64,000 bases of DNA, taken from Candidatus Fermentibacterota bacterium. Its GTDB lineage: Bacteria > Fermentibacterota > Fermentibacteria > Fermentibacterales > JCC-6. The position numbers and the translations under genes are program-made. The notes below the pieces were generated by a model that saw only the letters and a program-made list of their open reading frames with translations, was not told where the DNA came from and did not search any database. Positions 29,219-38,273 of the stretch are shown in pieces. Where the stretch lies: NCBI GenBank assembly GCA_963845085.1, contig CAWJQI010000001.1, positions 384,001 to 448,000 on the forward strand, given 5' to 3'. Position 1 is the first letter of the stretch, and each line of letters opens with the position of its first letter.

Positions 29219-29611
29219 TCAGCCGTTGCCGGCGGCTTTGCCTGAACTGGAGGGGATGGCTGCCCTTTCCACAGATGCCGCGGATTCACGAACGGTCGAC
29301 ATGTTCCGTTCATCGCCGCCGCGTGCAAGGGCGCCTTCTATCTTTTCGGCCAGGGAATCCAGAAAACGGGCCTGGTTGCTCCTGTCCTCCTCGCGGCTCT
29401 TCTCCAGCCTGAACAGCTCGTCCGTGATGTTCAGTGCTGCAAGAATGGCCACCTTTGAGGTGGAGGCCATGGTGATGTTGTCGGTCATCTCCCGCATGCG
29501 CATGTCAACAAAATGGGCGATCTCCGCCACATATGCCGGATCGCCCTCACCCCTTATGGAGTATTCCCGCCCGTAGATGTTCACCCTTGTGCTGTCCGGA
29601 CGGTCCGTCAT
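29219..29611 (-). CDS. zapA: Cell division protein ZapA
   Basis: VNIYGREYSI, YV..IA..VD..MRE, AILAALNITDEL. Confidence 0.92.
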   Translation of the reverse strand: MTDRPDSTRVNIYGREYSIRGEGDPAYVAEIAHFVDMRMREMTDNITMASTSKVAILAALNITDELFRLEKSREEDRSNQARFLDSLAEKIEGALARGGDERNMSTVRESAASVERAAIPSSSGKAAGNG

Positions 29612-29626
29612 GTGCGTCTGCGCTCC

Positions 29627-29899
29627 CTACTGCCGGTCCACTCTCTCCAGTTTCACAAGCAACGCCTCCAGCCTCGCCCTTATCTCCTGCCTCTCGCGCA
29701 GGAGCCTGGCGCTGTGAAGGCGAAGAATCCTGTATCCTTCAGGATCCCCTTCTCCACTCTTGTGTTCCAACCGACGCTCCAGCTCTGTGACCAGTGCCGC
29801 CAGCCTGTCCCTCTCCTCGGTGGTCTCGCGAAGCCTGAGAAGAAGGCGGTCGACAGCTTCGGTAAGCCGCATGGAAGCGCCGGTCGAGGACACTTCCAC
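29627..29899 (-). CDS. Small coiled-coil protein (ZapB-like)
   Basis: Heptad-rich, ends RQEIRARLEALLVKLE; directly upstream of zapA. Confidence 0.6.
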   Translation of the reverse strand: MEVSSTGASMRLTEAVDRLLLRLRETTEERDRLAALVTELERRLEHKSGEGDPEGYRILRLHSARLLRERQEIRARLEALLVKLERVDRQ

Positions 29900-30255
29900 T
29901 ACCTCAGCGCGGTTCTCGCAACTTCAACGACCTTGCCGAAGGCCTGGGGGTCTCTTACGGCCATGTCTGCAAGAACCTTGCGGTCCAGCGCCACCCCGGC
30001 CTTGGTAAGACCGTCGATGAACGTGCTGTAGGTCATACCGTTCTCGCGCACCGCGGCGTTGATCCGGGTTATCCAAAGTACCCTGAAATCACGCTTCTTG
30101 TTCCGTCTGTCGCGGTACTGGTACTGAAGGGCCTTCTTGTTGGCGTCTTCGGCAACGGTATAGAGTTTCCTCCTGCCGCCGAACTTGCCGCGGGCCTCAC
30201 TCATCACCTTCTTGTGTCTCTTGTGCCTTGCTACTGCGAATCTCACCCTGCTCAT
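29899..30255 (-). CDS. rplT: 50S ribosomal protein L20
   Basis: [32 protein letters not shown]. Confidence 0.97.
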   Translation of the reverse strand: MSRVRFAVARHKRHKKVMSEARGKFGGRRKLYTVAEDANKKALQYQYRDRRNKKRDFRVLWITRINAAVRENGMTYSTFIDGLTKAGVALDRKVLADMAVRDPQAFGKVVEVARTALR

Positions 30256-30274
30256 GCTGTTACCTCATCCGTTC

Positions 30275-30466
30275 TCAAGGCAGAAGCCTGCAGATCCTCT
30301 TGGTGTCCGGAGCGGAGGCGATTCCGCCTTTACGGAGATTCCTCTTGCGCTTGCTGCTCTTCTTGGTCTTTATATGTCCGTTGTAGCTGTGATGCACCTT
30401 TATCTTGCCGGTGCCGGTCTTTCCGAAGCGCCGCGCGGCGCCCTTGTGGGTCTTCATCTTTGGCAT
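30275..30466 (-). CDS. rpmI: 50S ribosomal protein L35
   Basis: [19 protein letters not shown]. Confidence 0.97.
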   Translation of the reverse strand: MPKMKTHKGAARRFGKTGTGKIKVHHSYNGHIKTKKSSKRKRNLRKGGIASAPDTKRICRLLP

Positions 30467-30467
30467 G

Positions 30468-31010
30468 TCATTCCTCGGCGTTCTGTGACTTGGTCTGCTT
30501 CTCCCTCATGGGGGACAGTATCATGCTTAAAAACTTGCCCTCCATGATGGGCTCCTTCTCGACCTGTGCAAGGTCTGCAAGATCTTCCGAAAGCTTGTTC
30601 AGAAGCTTGTGACCCTGATCCTGATAGACCAGCTGCCTTCCTCTGAAGACAACCGTCGCCTTTACTTTGCAGCGGTCCTCAAGGAACTCGCGCGCATGCT
30701 TCATTTTGAACGTGTAATCATGTATGTCGGTGTTGGGCCTGAATTTGACTTCCTTGAGCCCGCCGGTTGTCTGCTTTTTCCGAACCTCTCTGGCCTTACG
30801 GTTCTGCTGGTACTTGAACTTGCCGTAATCCATGATCCGGGCGACCGGCGGCTCGCTGGTCGAACTTATCTCGACGAGGTCGAGCTCAACCTCCGAAGCC
30901 ATGTCAAGCGCCTTGGCAAGGGCGATTATTCCAACGTGATCACCGTTCTGGTCGATGAGCCTGACCTTCAGGCTTCTGATCTCACCATTGACACGCGTAG
31001 TATCCCTGAT
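30468..31010 (-). CDS. infC: Translation initiation factor IF-3 (probable ATC start)
   Basis: [39 protein letters not shown] 7 nt upstream of ATC at 31010. Confidence 0.95.
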   Translation of the reverse strand: MRDTTRVNGEIRSLKVRLIDQNGDHVGIIALAKALDMASEVELDLVEISSTSEPPVARIMDYGKFKYQQNRKAREVRKKQTTGGLKEVKFRPNTDIHDYTFKMKHAREFLEDRCKVKATVVFRGRQLVYQDQGHKLLNKLSEDLADLAQVEKEPIMEGKFLSMILSPMREKQTKSQNAEE

Positions 31011-31015
31011 AGCTG

Positions 31016-32950
31016 CTACCTCCGTTCCATGAAGGATGGCCTCGCGCAATCGTCCAACACAATCTTAAGGGCGTCTTCAAGGGGCATTGCCCCGAGGTCG
31101 CCCTTTCCATGCCTTCTCGGCGCAACCGTCCCGTCACGTTCCTCGGCCTCGCCGAGCACGAACATGAAGGGAACCTTGCGGGTTTCCGCATCGCGGATCC
31201 TGTAACCTATTGTTCCGCTGCGGAGGTCCGCACTGCACCTTATCCCCGCATCGAGCGCAGCTTTTTCCACCTTTCGGGCGTACTCATGCTGCGAGGATGC
31301 GATGGGTAAAATAACCAGCTGGACCGGAGCAAGCCAACCCGGGAAATTTCCCGCGAAATGCTCGATCAGATTTCCGATGAACCTCTCCTCGGAACCGAAC
31401 AGCGCGCGGTGCACCATGTACACCCTCTGTTCCTTCCCGTCGTCGCCCACGTAGGTGAGGTTGAACCGCGCCGGTATGTTGAAGTCGAACTGGATGGTGG
31501 GTCCCTGCCACATGCGGCCCAGGGCGTCGCGCATCTTGATGTCGACCTTGGGGCCGTAGAATGCGGCCTCCCCGAGCACGGCTTTGTACTTCTCGCCCAT
31601 CTCGGTGAGGGCCTCGGCCATCGCCTTCTCGGCCTTCTCCCACTCGTCGCGCGAACCGGCGTAGTGTTCCATGTTGTCGGGGTCGCTGAGGGAAAGCTCG
31701 ATCTCGTACCCGAAGCCGAAGAGCTTGAGGAAGAACAGGGCGAACCTGATCACCCCCTGCACCTCGCTCACCATCTGGTCGGCAGTGCAGAAAATGTGGC
31801 CGTCGTCGACGGTGAAGCCGCGCACCCGCATCAGGCCGTGGAGCACGCCGCTGCGCTCGCAGCGGTAGACGGTGCCCAGCTCGGCGAGGCGGAGCGGGAG
31901 GTCGCGGTACGACCTCTTCTCGTTCTGGTAAATGATGATGTGACCCGGGCAGTTCATGGGCTTGATGGCGTACTCGCCCTTGTCCACCTCGGTGAAGTAC
32001 ATGTTGTCGCGGTAATAGTCGTAGTGGCCCGAAGTCTTCCAGAGCTCTGCAGGGGCCATGTGCGGTGTGACTACGAGCTTGTATCCGGCCCGCTTGTGGG
32101 CTTCCTTCCAGAAGCCTTCAAGCTCCTCGCGCAGGGCGGTTCCGTTGGGGAGCCAGTAGGCGAGCCCGGGGCCGCCGGGGCCGCCGATGGTGAACAGCCC
32201 GAGTTCTGGGCCGAGCTTTCTGTGGTCGCGCCTCTTCGCCTCTTCGAGAAGCTCAAGGTGGCTTGCAAGGGCTTCGGCCGAGTCGAAGGCGGTGCCGTAA
32301 ACCCGGGTGAGCATGGGGTTCTTCTCGTCGCCGCGCCAGTAGGCGCCTGCAACGCTCAGAAGCGCAGTGTGCTTCAGGTAGCCCGAACTGGGCACATGCG
32401 GGCCGCGGCAGAGGTCGACGAACTCACCAAGGCTGTAGAGGCTGACGGTTTCGCCCTTTTCGCCGATTTCACCGAGCAGCTCGACCTTGAAGCATTCCTT
32501 TCGGTCCTGGAAGAAGCTCACCGCCTCGGCGAGGGGCATCTCGCGCCTCTCGAAGGGAAGGTTGAGCGCCACGAGGCGCTTCATCTCAGCCAAAATGGCG
32601 GGCAGCGCTGTCGAGCCGGGAAAACCCGGTATGTCCATGTCGTAGTAGAAGCCGTCCTTGATCGCGGGGCCGATGCCGAACTTGGTGCCGGGGTAAAGGT
32701 TGGTCACTGCGGCTGCAAGCAGGTGCGATGCGCTGTGCCTCAGAACCTCGATGCCGACCTCGTCTTCGAAGGTTATGATGCGGATAGCGCCGGAGACCAC
32801 CGGGGCGGAAAGATCGTACATTGCGCCGTCGATCGAGAAGGCAACGGCCTTTTTGGCAAGCCCGCGGGATATGGAGGCGGCCACCTGGGCGCCGGTAGTG
32901 CCCTGCGAATACTCCACTGAGTTGCCGTCGGGAAATACCAGCCTCACCAT
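31016..32950 (-). CDS. thrS: Threonyl-tRNA synthetase
   Basis: TGS domain, RHSASHL, DLCRGPH, RDHRKLG, KPMNCPGH, GLMRVRGF. Confidence 0.97.
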   Translation of the reverse strand: MVRLVFPDGNSVEYSQGTTGAQVAASISRGLAKKAVAFSIDGAMYDLSAPVVSGAIRIITFEDEVGIEVLRHSASHLLAAAVTNLYPGTKFGIGPAIKDGFYYDMDIPGFPGSTALPAILAEMKRLVALNLPFERREMPLAEAVSFFQDRKECFKVELLGEIGEKGETVSLYSLGEFVDLCRGPHVPSSGYLKHTALLSVAGAYWRGDEKNPMLTRVYGTAFDSAEALASHLELLEEAKRRDHRKLGPELGLFTIGGPGGPGLAYWLPNGTALREELEGFWKEAHKRAGYKLVVTPHMAPAELWKTSGHYDYYRDNMYFTEVDKGEYAIKPMNCPGHIIIYQNEKRSYRDLPLRLAELGTVYRCERSGVLHGLMRVRGFTVDDGHIFCTADQMVSEVQGVIRFALFFLKLFGFGYEIELSLSDPDNMEHYAGSRDEWEKAEKAMAEALTEMGEKYKAVLGEAAFYGPKVDIKMRDALGRMWQGPTIQFDFNIPARFNLTYVGDDGKEQRVYMVHRALFGSEERFIGNLIEHFAGNFPGWLAPVQLVILPIASSQHEYARKVEKAALDAGIRCSADLRSGTIGYRIRDAETRKVPFMFVLGEAEERDGTVAPRRHGKGDLGAMPLEDALKIVLDDCARPSFMERR

Positions 32951-32996
32951 TTCAGCCTCCCTCCAGGCCCGTCGGGCCGAAAAAAGAATAAAGAAA

Positions 32997-33073
32997 TGGT
33001 GGGCGATACTGGAATCGAACCAGTGACCTCTTGCATGTCAAGCAAGCACTCTAACCAACTGAGCTAATCGCCC
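32997..33073 (-). tRNA. tRNA-Val (GAC)
   Basis: Reverse complement GGGCGATTAGCTCAGTTGGTTAGAGTGCTTGCTTGACATGCAAGAGGTCACTGGTTCGATTCCAGTATCGCCCACCA: cloverleaf, GAC anticodon, encoded CCA. Confidence 0.97.
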
Positions 33074-33111
33074 ACCGCTGAGCTTTAAAAAAGCGCTGTC
33101 TGGCGCGCGCT

Positions 33112-33141
33112 AATATCCGCAAAAAAGGCACGTTCTGTCAA
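33112..33141 (-). promoter_or_regulatory. Sigma70-type promoter for tRNA-Val/thrS
   Basis: TTGACA (33141-33136), 18 bp spacer, GATATT (33117-33112), then GC-rich discriminator AGCGCGCGCC. Confidence 0.6.
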
Positions 33142-33152
33142 GAGACGATTTC

Positions 33153-34103
33153 TCAGGGGACTATTGTCGTCCCCGTTCCGCCCTCGAGGGCCTTGAGCAG
33201 GCTTCCCGGGCAGGTGATCACGACACGCCCGCCTCCGCGGTGCTTGAGGAATCCCAACGCAGCCTTTATCTTGGGAAGCATGCTGCCCGAGGCGAAGTGC
33301 CCCTGATCAACAAGCTCGCGGGCCTCGGATGCTGTGAGGTGCCTTAAAGCCTTCTGGGAGGGCTTCCCGAAATCCGTGTAAACCTCGCACACCCCGGTGC
33401 TGATGACGAATGTGTCGGCCTCGAGCATCGTGGCAAGAAGGGCCGAGGCATGGTCCTTGTCTATCACCGCCGCGACGCCGCGGATGCGTTTCCCCTCCCG
33501 CACTACTGGGATGCCCCCGCCGCCGGTGCAGATCACGATCTGTCCGGCTTCGACAAGGGCCTTTATGCTCGAGAGCTCGATGATCTTCTTCGGTATCGGC
33601 GACGGAACCACCCGCCTCCACCCCCGCCCAGCGTCCTCGCGCATCACGAAGCCCTCGCTGTCGGCAAGGGCGGCGGCCTCTTCGGCGCTGTAGAACGGCC
33701 CGACCGGTTTGGTCGGGTTCTGGAAGCCGGGGTCGGCCGGGTCGACCTGCACCTGCGTGACCACCCCGGCTACCGGGATGTCGCGCCCCATCTCCTCGAG
33801 AACGTCGCCGAGCACCTGCTGGAGAAGGTAGCCGATGTACCCCTGGGTCGCTGCAACGTTCACGTCCATCCCGTCGGGGGGGACGATGGATGAGGCCGAT
33901 GCGTTCCGCAGGAGCTCGAAGCCCACCTGCGGGCCGTTGCCGTGGGTGACCACGAGGCTCCCCCACTGCTCTGCGATGAGCGCGAGCTCTTCGCACACCT
34001 CGCGGGCGAGCCGGTGGGTGTCGCGGTTGCCCGTGCACGTTCCGGGGCTAGTCAGGGAGTTGCCCCCGATAGCCACCACGATGGTTCCCTTATGCTCTGT
34101 CAT
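33153..34103 (-). CDS. arcC: Carbamate kinase
   Basis: VAIGGNSL, THGNGPQVG, PTKPVGPFY, WRRVVPSP, GGGGIPV, VIDKD, GSMLPK. Confidence 0.95.
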   Translation of the reverse strand: MTEHKGTIVVAIGGNSLTSPGTCTGNRDTHRLAREVCEELALIAEQWGSLVVTHGNGPQVGFELLRNASASSIVPPDGMDVNVAATQGYIGYLLQQVLGDVLEEMGRDIPVAGVVTQVQVDPADPGFQNPTKPVGPFYSAEEAAALADSEGFVMREDAGRGWRRVVPSPIPKKIIELSSIKALVEAGQIVICTGGGGIPVVREGKRIRGVAAVIDKDHASALLATMLEADTFVISTGVCEVYTDFGKPSQKALRHLTASEARELVDQGHFASGSMLPKIKAALGFLKHRGGGRVVITCPGSLLKALEGGTGTTIVP

Positions 34104-34560
34104 CTTTACAGGCACACTTTCCTCCCGTTTTGAGAAGAAGAAGCGCTCCTCCGATCACAAGGGCCATGTCAGCCACGTTGAACACCGGCCAGCGCAGGGT
34201 GCCCACGCCGATGTCGATGAAATCCGTTACCGGCCCCTGAAGGATGCGGTCAAGCGTGTTCCCGAGGGCACCGCCAAGTATCAACCCGAGGAAGAGCATT
34301 ACCCGGGTGGATTTCATCCGGAGCATGTAGAAAATGAGGAACAGGGATGCCAGCACGTTGAACACGAGCAGCACCATGGGACCGCCCCAGCTGACGCTGA
34401 AGGCGGCGCCGGTGTTGTAGCGGATGACCAGGCGGATGAAGTCGCCGAGCACCGGCACCGGCACCTGCGAAAGGTTTGCCAGGGCGACGGCCTTGGTCAC
34501 CTGGTCCGCTGCCAGAACAAGAAGGGCAACTGCGAACGCCCTCACTTTTTCACGATTCAT
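34090..34560 (-). CDS. lspA: Lipoprotein signal peptidase II
   Basis: DQVTK, NTGAAFS, GALGNTLDR, VTDFI, FNVAD. Confidence 0.95.
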   Translation of the reverse strand: MNREKVRAFAVALLVLAADQVTKAVALANLSQVPVPVLGDFIRLVIRYNTGAAFSVSWGGPMVLLVFNVLASLFLIFYMLRMKSTRVMLFLGLILGGALGNTLDRILQGPVTDFIDIGVGTLRWPVFNVADMALVIGGALLLLKTGGKCACKDDRA

Positions 34561-37291
34561 CGAGAGCCTCCACGACGACTGAGCAGCGGGGGCACAGCCC
34601 CGTTCCGGGGTGGACCTTCCAGCACCTGGGGCACTTCTCCCCGGGCGCCCGGACGGCCGAAGCGGTAACCGACTCGGAGGGAACGACCCCAACCGAAGAG
34701 ACGATCAGAAGGTCCGCCCACGACTCCCCGAGCGCCGAAGGGGCGAACGAAGAGGGCAGCCCAAGGGTGACCGATGCTTCGAGCCCCCCGCCGATCTGGC
34801 CCGCGGCCCGCATCTCCTCCAGCACCTTCAATGCCGTGTCGCGGACTGCGAGGTAATCCTTCCAGGAGGCAAGTTCCTCCTCCTCGGCGGGGCTCAGGTC
34901 GGAGACCGTTGGAAGCAGGGCGAGGTGAACGCTCTCCACTTCGCGGAGGGCGTTTGGAAGGTGGCTCCACGCCTCCTCCGCCGTGAACGGCATTATGGGC
35001 GCAAAAAGCCTCAGAAGGCTCGACGCCATCCACCCCAGAAGCTCAACCGATGCGGTGCGAAGCGGAGAATCGGAGGCATCGCAGTAGAGCCTGTCCTTCC
35101 GGACATCGAGGTAGAGACCGGAGAGCTCCACCACGAGGAAGTTGCGAAGCTCGCGGTACACCCTGTGGAACTGGAACGCCCGGTACTCGACCATGCACAG
35201 GGAGACGAGCTTCCTGAAGCGCAGCCATATGAACCGGTCCAGCCCGATGAGCGAGGAAGGATCGGGAAGAACCCCTGCAACGCCCTCCAGGTTCCCGAGA
35301 AGGAACCGGATGGTGTTGCGGATCTTCCGATACCCCTCGCGGGCATCCTCGAGCTGCGACTTCTCCGCCCGGAAATCCGCCGTGTAGTCCACCGAGGCGA
35401 ACCAAAGCCTGAGGATGTCGGCGCCCAGTGAATTCACGATCTCAAGGGGCGACACCACGTTCCCGAGGGACTTGCTCATCTTCTTGCCCTGGGCGTCCTG
35501 TACCAGCCCGTGGGTTATGATGTTCAGAGCCGGCACTGAAAGGTTCATCCCCACGGAGGTGATAAGGCTCACGCCGAACCATCCCCGGTGCTGGTCGGTG
35601 GCTTCCAGGTAGACCGCGCAGGGCCGCTCCAGGCCGAACTCATCCGTAAGCACGTTGTAATGGCTGACCGAACTGTCGAACCAGACGTCCAGAATGTCCT
35701 CGTTCTTCCGAAGCGAGGAGGACCCGCACGCCGGACACACCGGCACGCCGCCCCAGAGGGCGTAAAGCTCATCAACCGACTTCGAGAACCAGGCGTCGGA
35801 ACCCTCGGCCTCGACAAGGGAAGCCACGCGGCTGATCATGTCAGGGTCCATCACGGTGTGGTCGCAGTCGCGGCAGATGAACACGGGGAGCCCGACCCCC
35901 CAGTTCCTCTGGCGCGAGAGGCACCAGTCCGGCCTGGCGGCCATCATGTTCTTCATCCTGTCGTAGCCCCATGAAGGGTGCCACGATATGGTATCGACGG
36001 CGGCAAGGACCCTGTCCTTCAGCCCGCCGTGCGAGAGGTCGAGGAAGAACTGCTCGGTCGCACGGAAGATCAGGGGTTCCTTGCACCGCCAGCAGTGCGG
36101 GTAACTGTGGCTCAAATTCTGGGAGGCAAGGAGCCGGCCCGAAGCCTGAAGGTCCGCAACGATCACCGGGTTCGCAGCGAACACATGGAGCCCGGCGTAC
36201 TTCCCGCCCGCAGGCCCGAACTTCCCGTTCTCAAGCACCGGGCAGAACACTTCCAGCCCGTACTCACGGCCCACGTTGAAGTCGTCCGCGCCGTGTCCCG
36301 GAGCGGTGTGAACGCATCCTGTGCCGTCCTCCATCGTCACGTGCAGGGCGTTTATCACAAGGGATGTTCTGGAAGGATCCAGGGGATGCACAAGCAGCAA
36401 CCCTTCGAGCGAAGCGCCGGTGAAAACAACCCCGTCCATCACACGGCCCGAGGGCGCGGCCGCAGCGATGAAGGAGTCGGCCAGCCGGGACGCCACGAGG
36501 AACCGCCGCCCGTCCGCCTCGACAACGCAGTAAAGCTCCCCGGGGTTCAGAGCAACGGCCAGGTTCGCCGGCAGTGTCCAGGGAGTGGTTGTCCAGATCA
36601 CAACCTCGGTGCCCGAAGGAACCCCCCTGGCCTCCCAGGAAGCGGGATCCGAAGCAGAGAACGCCACATACACCGAGGGAGAGGAGTGAACCGCGTACTC
36701 CACCTCGGCATCGGCCAGCGCGGTCGAACACGAAGTGCACCAGTGTATGGGACGAAGCCCGCGGTAGATCAGCCCGGCACGCACCAGAGCTTCGAAGGCG
36801 CGAAGCACCCCCGCCTCGTAGGAGTAGCTCATCGTAAGGTAGGGCTTCTCCCACCGGCCGAACACGCCGAGCCGCTTGAACTCGGAGCGCTGAACATCAA
36901 CGTACTTCGCAGCGTACTCGCGGCAGCGCCGGCGGATCTCAAGACGCGATATGTCCTCGCCCACGGAGGATGTAACGACCTTGTGCTCGATGGGCATGCC
37001 GTGGCAGTCCCACCCCGGCACATAGGGCGAGTAGTACCCCATCATCGTGTGGGACTTCACAATGAAATCCTTCAGGATCTTGTTCAGCGCGGTTCCGAGG
37101 TGAACATGCCCGTTGGCGTAGGGAGGCCCGTCGTGAAGTATGAAGTGCGGGCTCGAACGACGCGCAGAAGAGATCTGCCCCTCGATGTCCATCTCTTCCC
37201 ACCGGAGCAGCATCTCAGGCTCGGCCTTAATGAGGTCCCCCTTCATGGAGAAGTTGGTATGGGGTAAACGTATCGTATCCTTGTAATTCAC
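34550..37291 (-). CDS. ileS: Isoleucyl-tRNA synthetase (type 1)
   Basis: LHDGPPYANG, GWDCHGMPIE, WTTTPWTLP, KMSKSLGN, C-terminal KCPRCW..CPRC zinc finger. Confidence 0.97.
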   Translation of the reverse strand: MNYKDTIRLPHTNFSMKGDLIKAEPEMLLRWEEMDIEGQISSARRSSPHFILHDGPPYANGHVHLGTALNKILKDFIVKSHTMMGYYSPYVPGWDCHGMPIEHKVVTSSVGEDISRLEIRRRCREYAAKYVDVQRSEFKRLGVFGRWEKPYLTMSYSYEAGVLRAFEALVRAGLIYRGLRPIHWCTSCSTALADAEVEYAVHSSPSVYVAFSASDPASWEARGVPSGTEVVIWTTTPWTLPANLAVALNPGELYCVVEADGRRFLVASRLADSFIAAAAPSGRVMDGVVFTGASLEGLLLVHPLDPSRTSLVINALHVTMEDGTGCVHTAPGHGADDFNVGREYGLEVFCPVLENGKFGPAGGKYAGLHVFAANPVIVADLQASGRLLASQNLSHSYPHCWRCKEPLIFRATEQFFLDLSHGGLKDRVLAAVDTISWHPSWGYDRMKNMMAARPDWCLSRQRNWGVGLPVFICRDCDHTVMDPDMISRVASLVEAEGSDAWFSKSVDELYALWGGVPVCPACGSSSLRKNEDILDVWFDSSVSHYNVLTDEFGLERPCAVYLEATDQHRGWFGVSLITSVGMNLSVPALNIITHGLVQDAQGKKMSKSLGNVVSPLEIVNSLGADILRLWFASVDYTADFRAEKSQLEDAREGYRKIRNTIRFLLGNLEGVAGVLPDPSSLIGLDRFIWLRFRKLVSLCMVEYRAFQFHRVYRELRNFLVVELSGLYLDVRKDRLYCDASDSPLRTASVELLGWMASSLLRLFAPIMPFTAEEAWSHLPNALREVESVHLALLPTVSDLSPAEEEELASWKDYLAVRDTALKVLEEMRAAGQIGGGLEASVTLGLPSSFAPSALGESWADLLIVSSVGVVPSESVTASAVRAPGEKCPRCWKVHPGTGLCPRCSVVVEALDES

Positions 37292-37809
37292 TGCTCCTCA
37301 CCTCCCCCGGTGATACTCGAGAAGAGTTCAACAAGCGGCGCAGCCGAAGAAACCCTTTCCCCGTCCACACCGCGACAACGAACAAGCGCGCACACACGAA
37401 CCCCCGAAGCGCCGGCACGCAGTACCGGAGCAAAAGCGGAAAGATCAACAAGCGCAGAAGCGCGAAACGCACGCAGCTCCGCCCCCGTTGCGAACAGAAG
37501 CGACGGCACCCCGAGCACAACGCCCGAATCCCAGGACCCCGGAGGCACAAGGTACATGCCCCGAAGGTTCGGGAACTCTATCCGCCCCATGGACAGGTTA
37601 CGCTCCACCAGCGGATTGGTTCCGAACACACAGAGGTGATCGGACACAACAAGCCACCCCGCAGAAGCAGCAAGCCCGTCCAGACAGAACACCCCCCGAT
37701 CCCCCGCAACAAAGGAAGGGAGATCAGAGGCATCCCGAACAAGCTCAACACCCGGGGGAACCAAAACCTCCCCCCACTCTTCAGGCACATGGCAAAACAC
37801 GCATACCAT
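37288..37809 (-). CDS. Short, divergent purine nucleoside phosphorylase-like protein
   Basis: VSDHL..FGTNPL..N..G..FPNL.GMY, G V.LG, T.AE..A...GVRV match the C-terminal two-thirds of PNP/MTAP; overlaps the ileS start. Confidence 0.55.
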   Translation of the reverse strand: MVCVFCHVPEEWGEVLVPPGVELVRDASDLPSFVAGDRGVFCLDGLAASAGWLVVSDHLCVFGTNPLVERNLSMGRIEFPNLRGMYLVPPGSWDSGVVLGVPSLLFATGAELRAFRASALVDLSAFAPVLRAGASGVRVCALVRCRGVDGERVSSAAPLVELFSSITGGGEEQ

Positions 37810-38273
37810 CCCATCATGCAAAGAAAGGCAATTATGCGAAGGGGGAAGGGATTGGGCAAGGAAGGGAAGAATGGAGAAACATCTAAGAAAACGCAAACTG
37901 CCCATTTCTGGCATTGGACTTGTTTGATGAATGCCATATCACAGCTTTCAGCCGACCTTTGCGTAGTACTTATCTCTTGGCTTTCATATTGTACCAACTA
38001 CTATTTTCATACATTCACAGCATATCTAGTTAGTTTATATTCTTATATTTGTAGTGTTTATACATTTTCTCTATTAATTTCCTTCTTTTTAACTATTTTT
38101 TGTATTCTTTTCTCATCAGAAAGAGCGACTTCTGAAGTGGTTCCTCGAGTAACTAAACTATAATATTGTAGTGATGTTGTTGTCGCGATCGATGCTTGCT
38201 TTCAATGTTACTATTAGTATCTTGTTATTTAAATATAATACTGTTTTCTACGTACATGAAATGAGGATGTGAA

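Noticed and set aside
32966..32985. GGCCC-GTC-GGGCC hairpin as a terminator after tRNA-Val
   Set aside because: On the transcribed strand the U-tract precedes the hairpin, so it does not fit an intrinsic terminator
32997..33073. tRNA-Val as the integration site of the accessory region
   Set aside because: It is flanked by core genes on both sides; no duplicated tRNA 3' end or integrase was seen
17577..37267. Many long plus-strand ORFs (e.g. 23738-25252, 27775-29001, 31358-32920, 35978-37267)
   Set aside because: Antisense shadows of well-supported minus-strand housekeeping genes in GC-rich DNA; no recognisable motifs
38020..38060. dif-like site in the AT-rich gap
   Set aside because: Only a partial match to a XerD arm, which is expected by chance in AT-rich DNA
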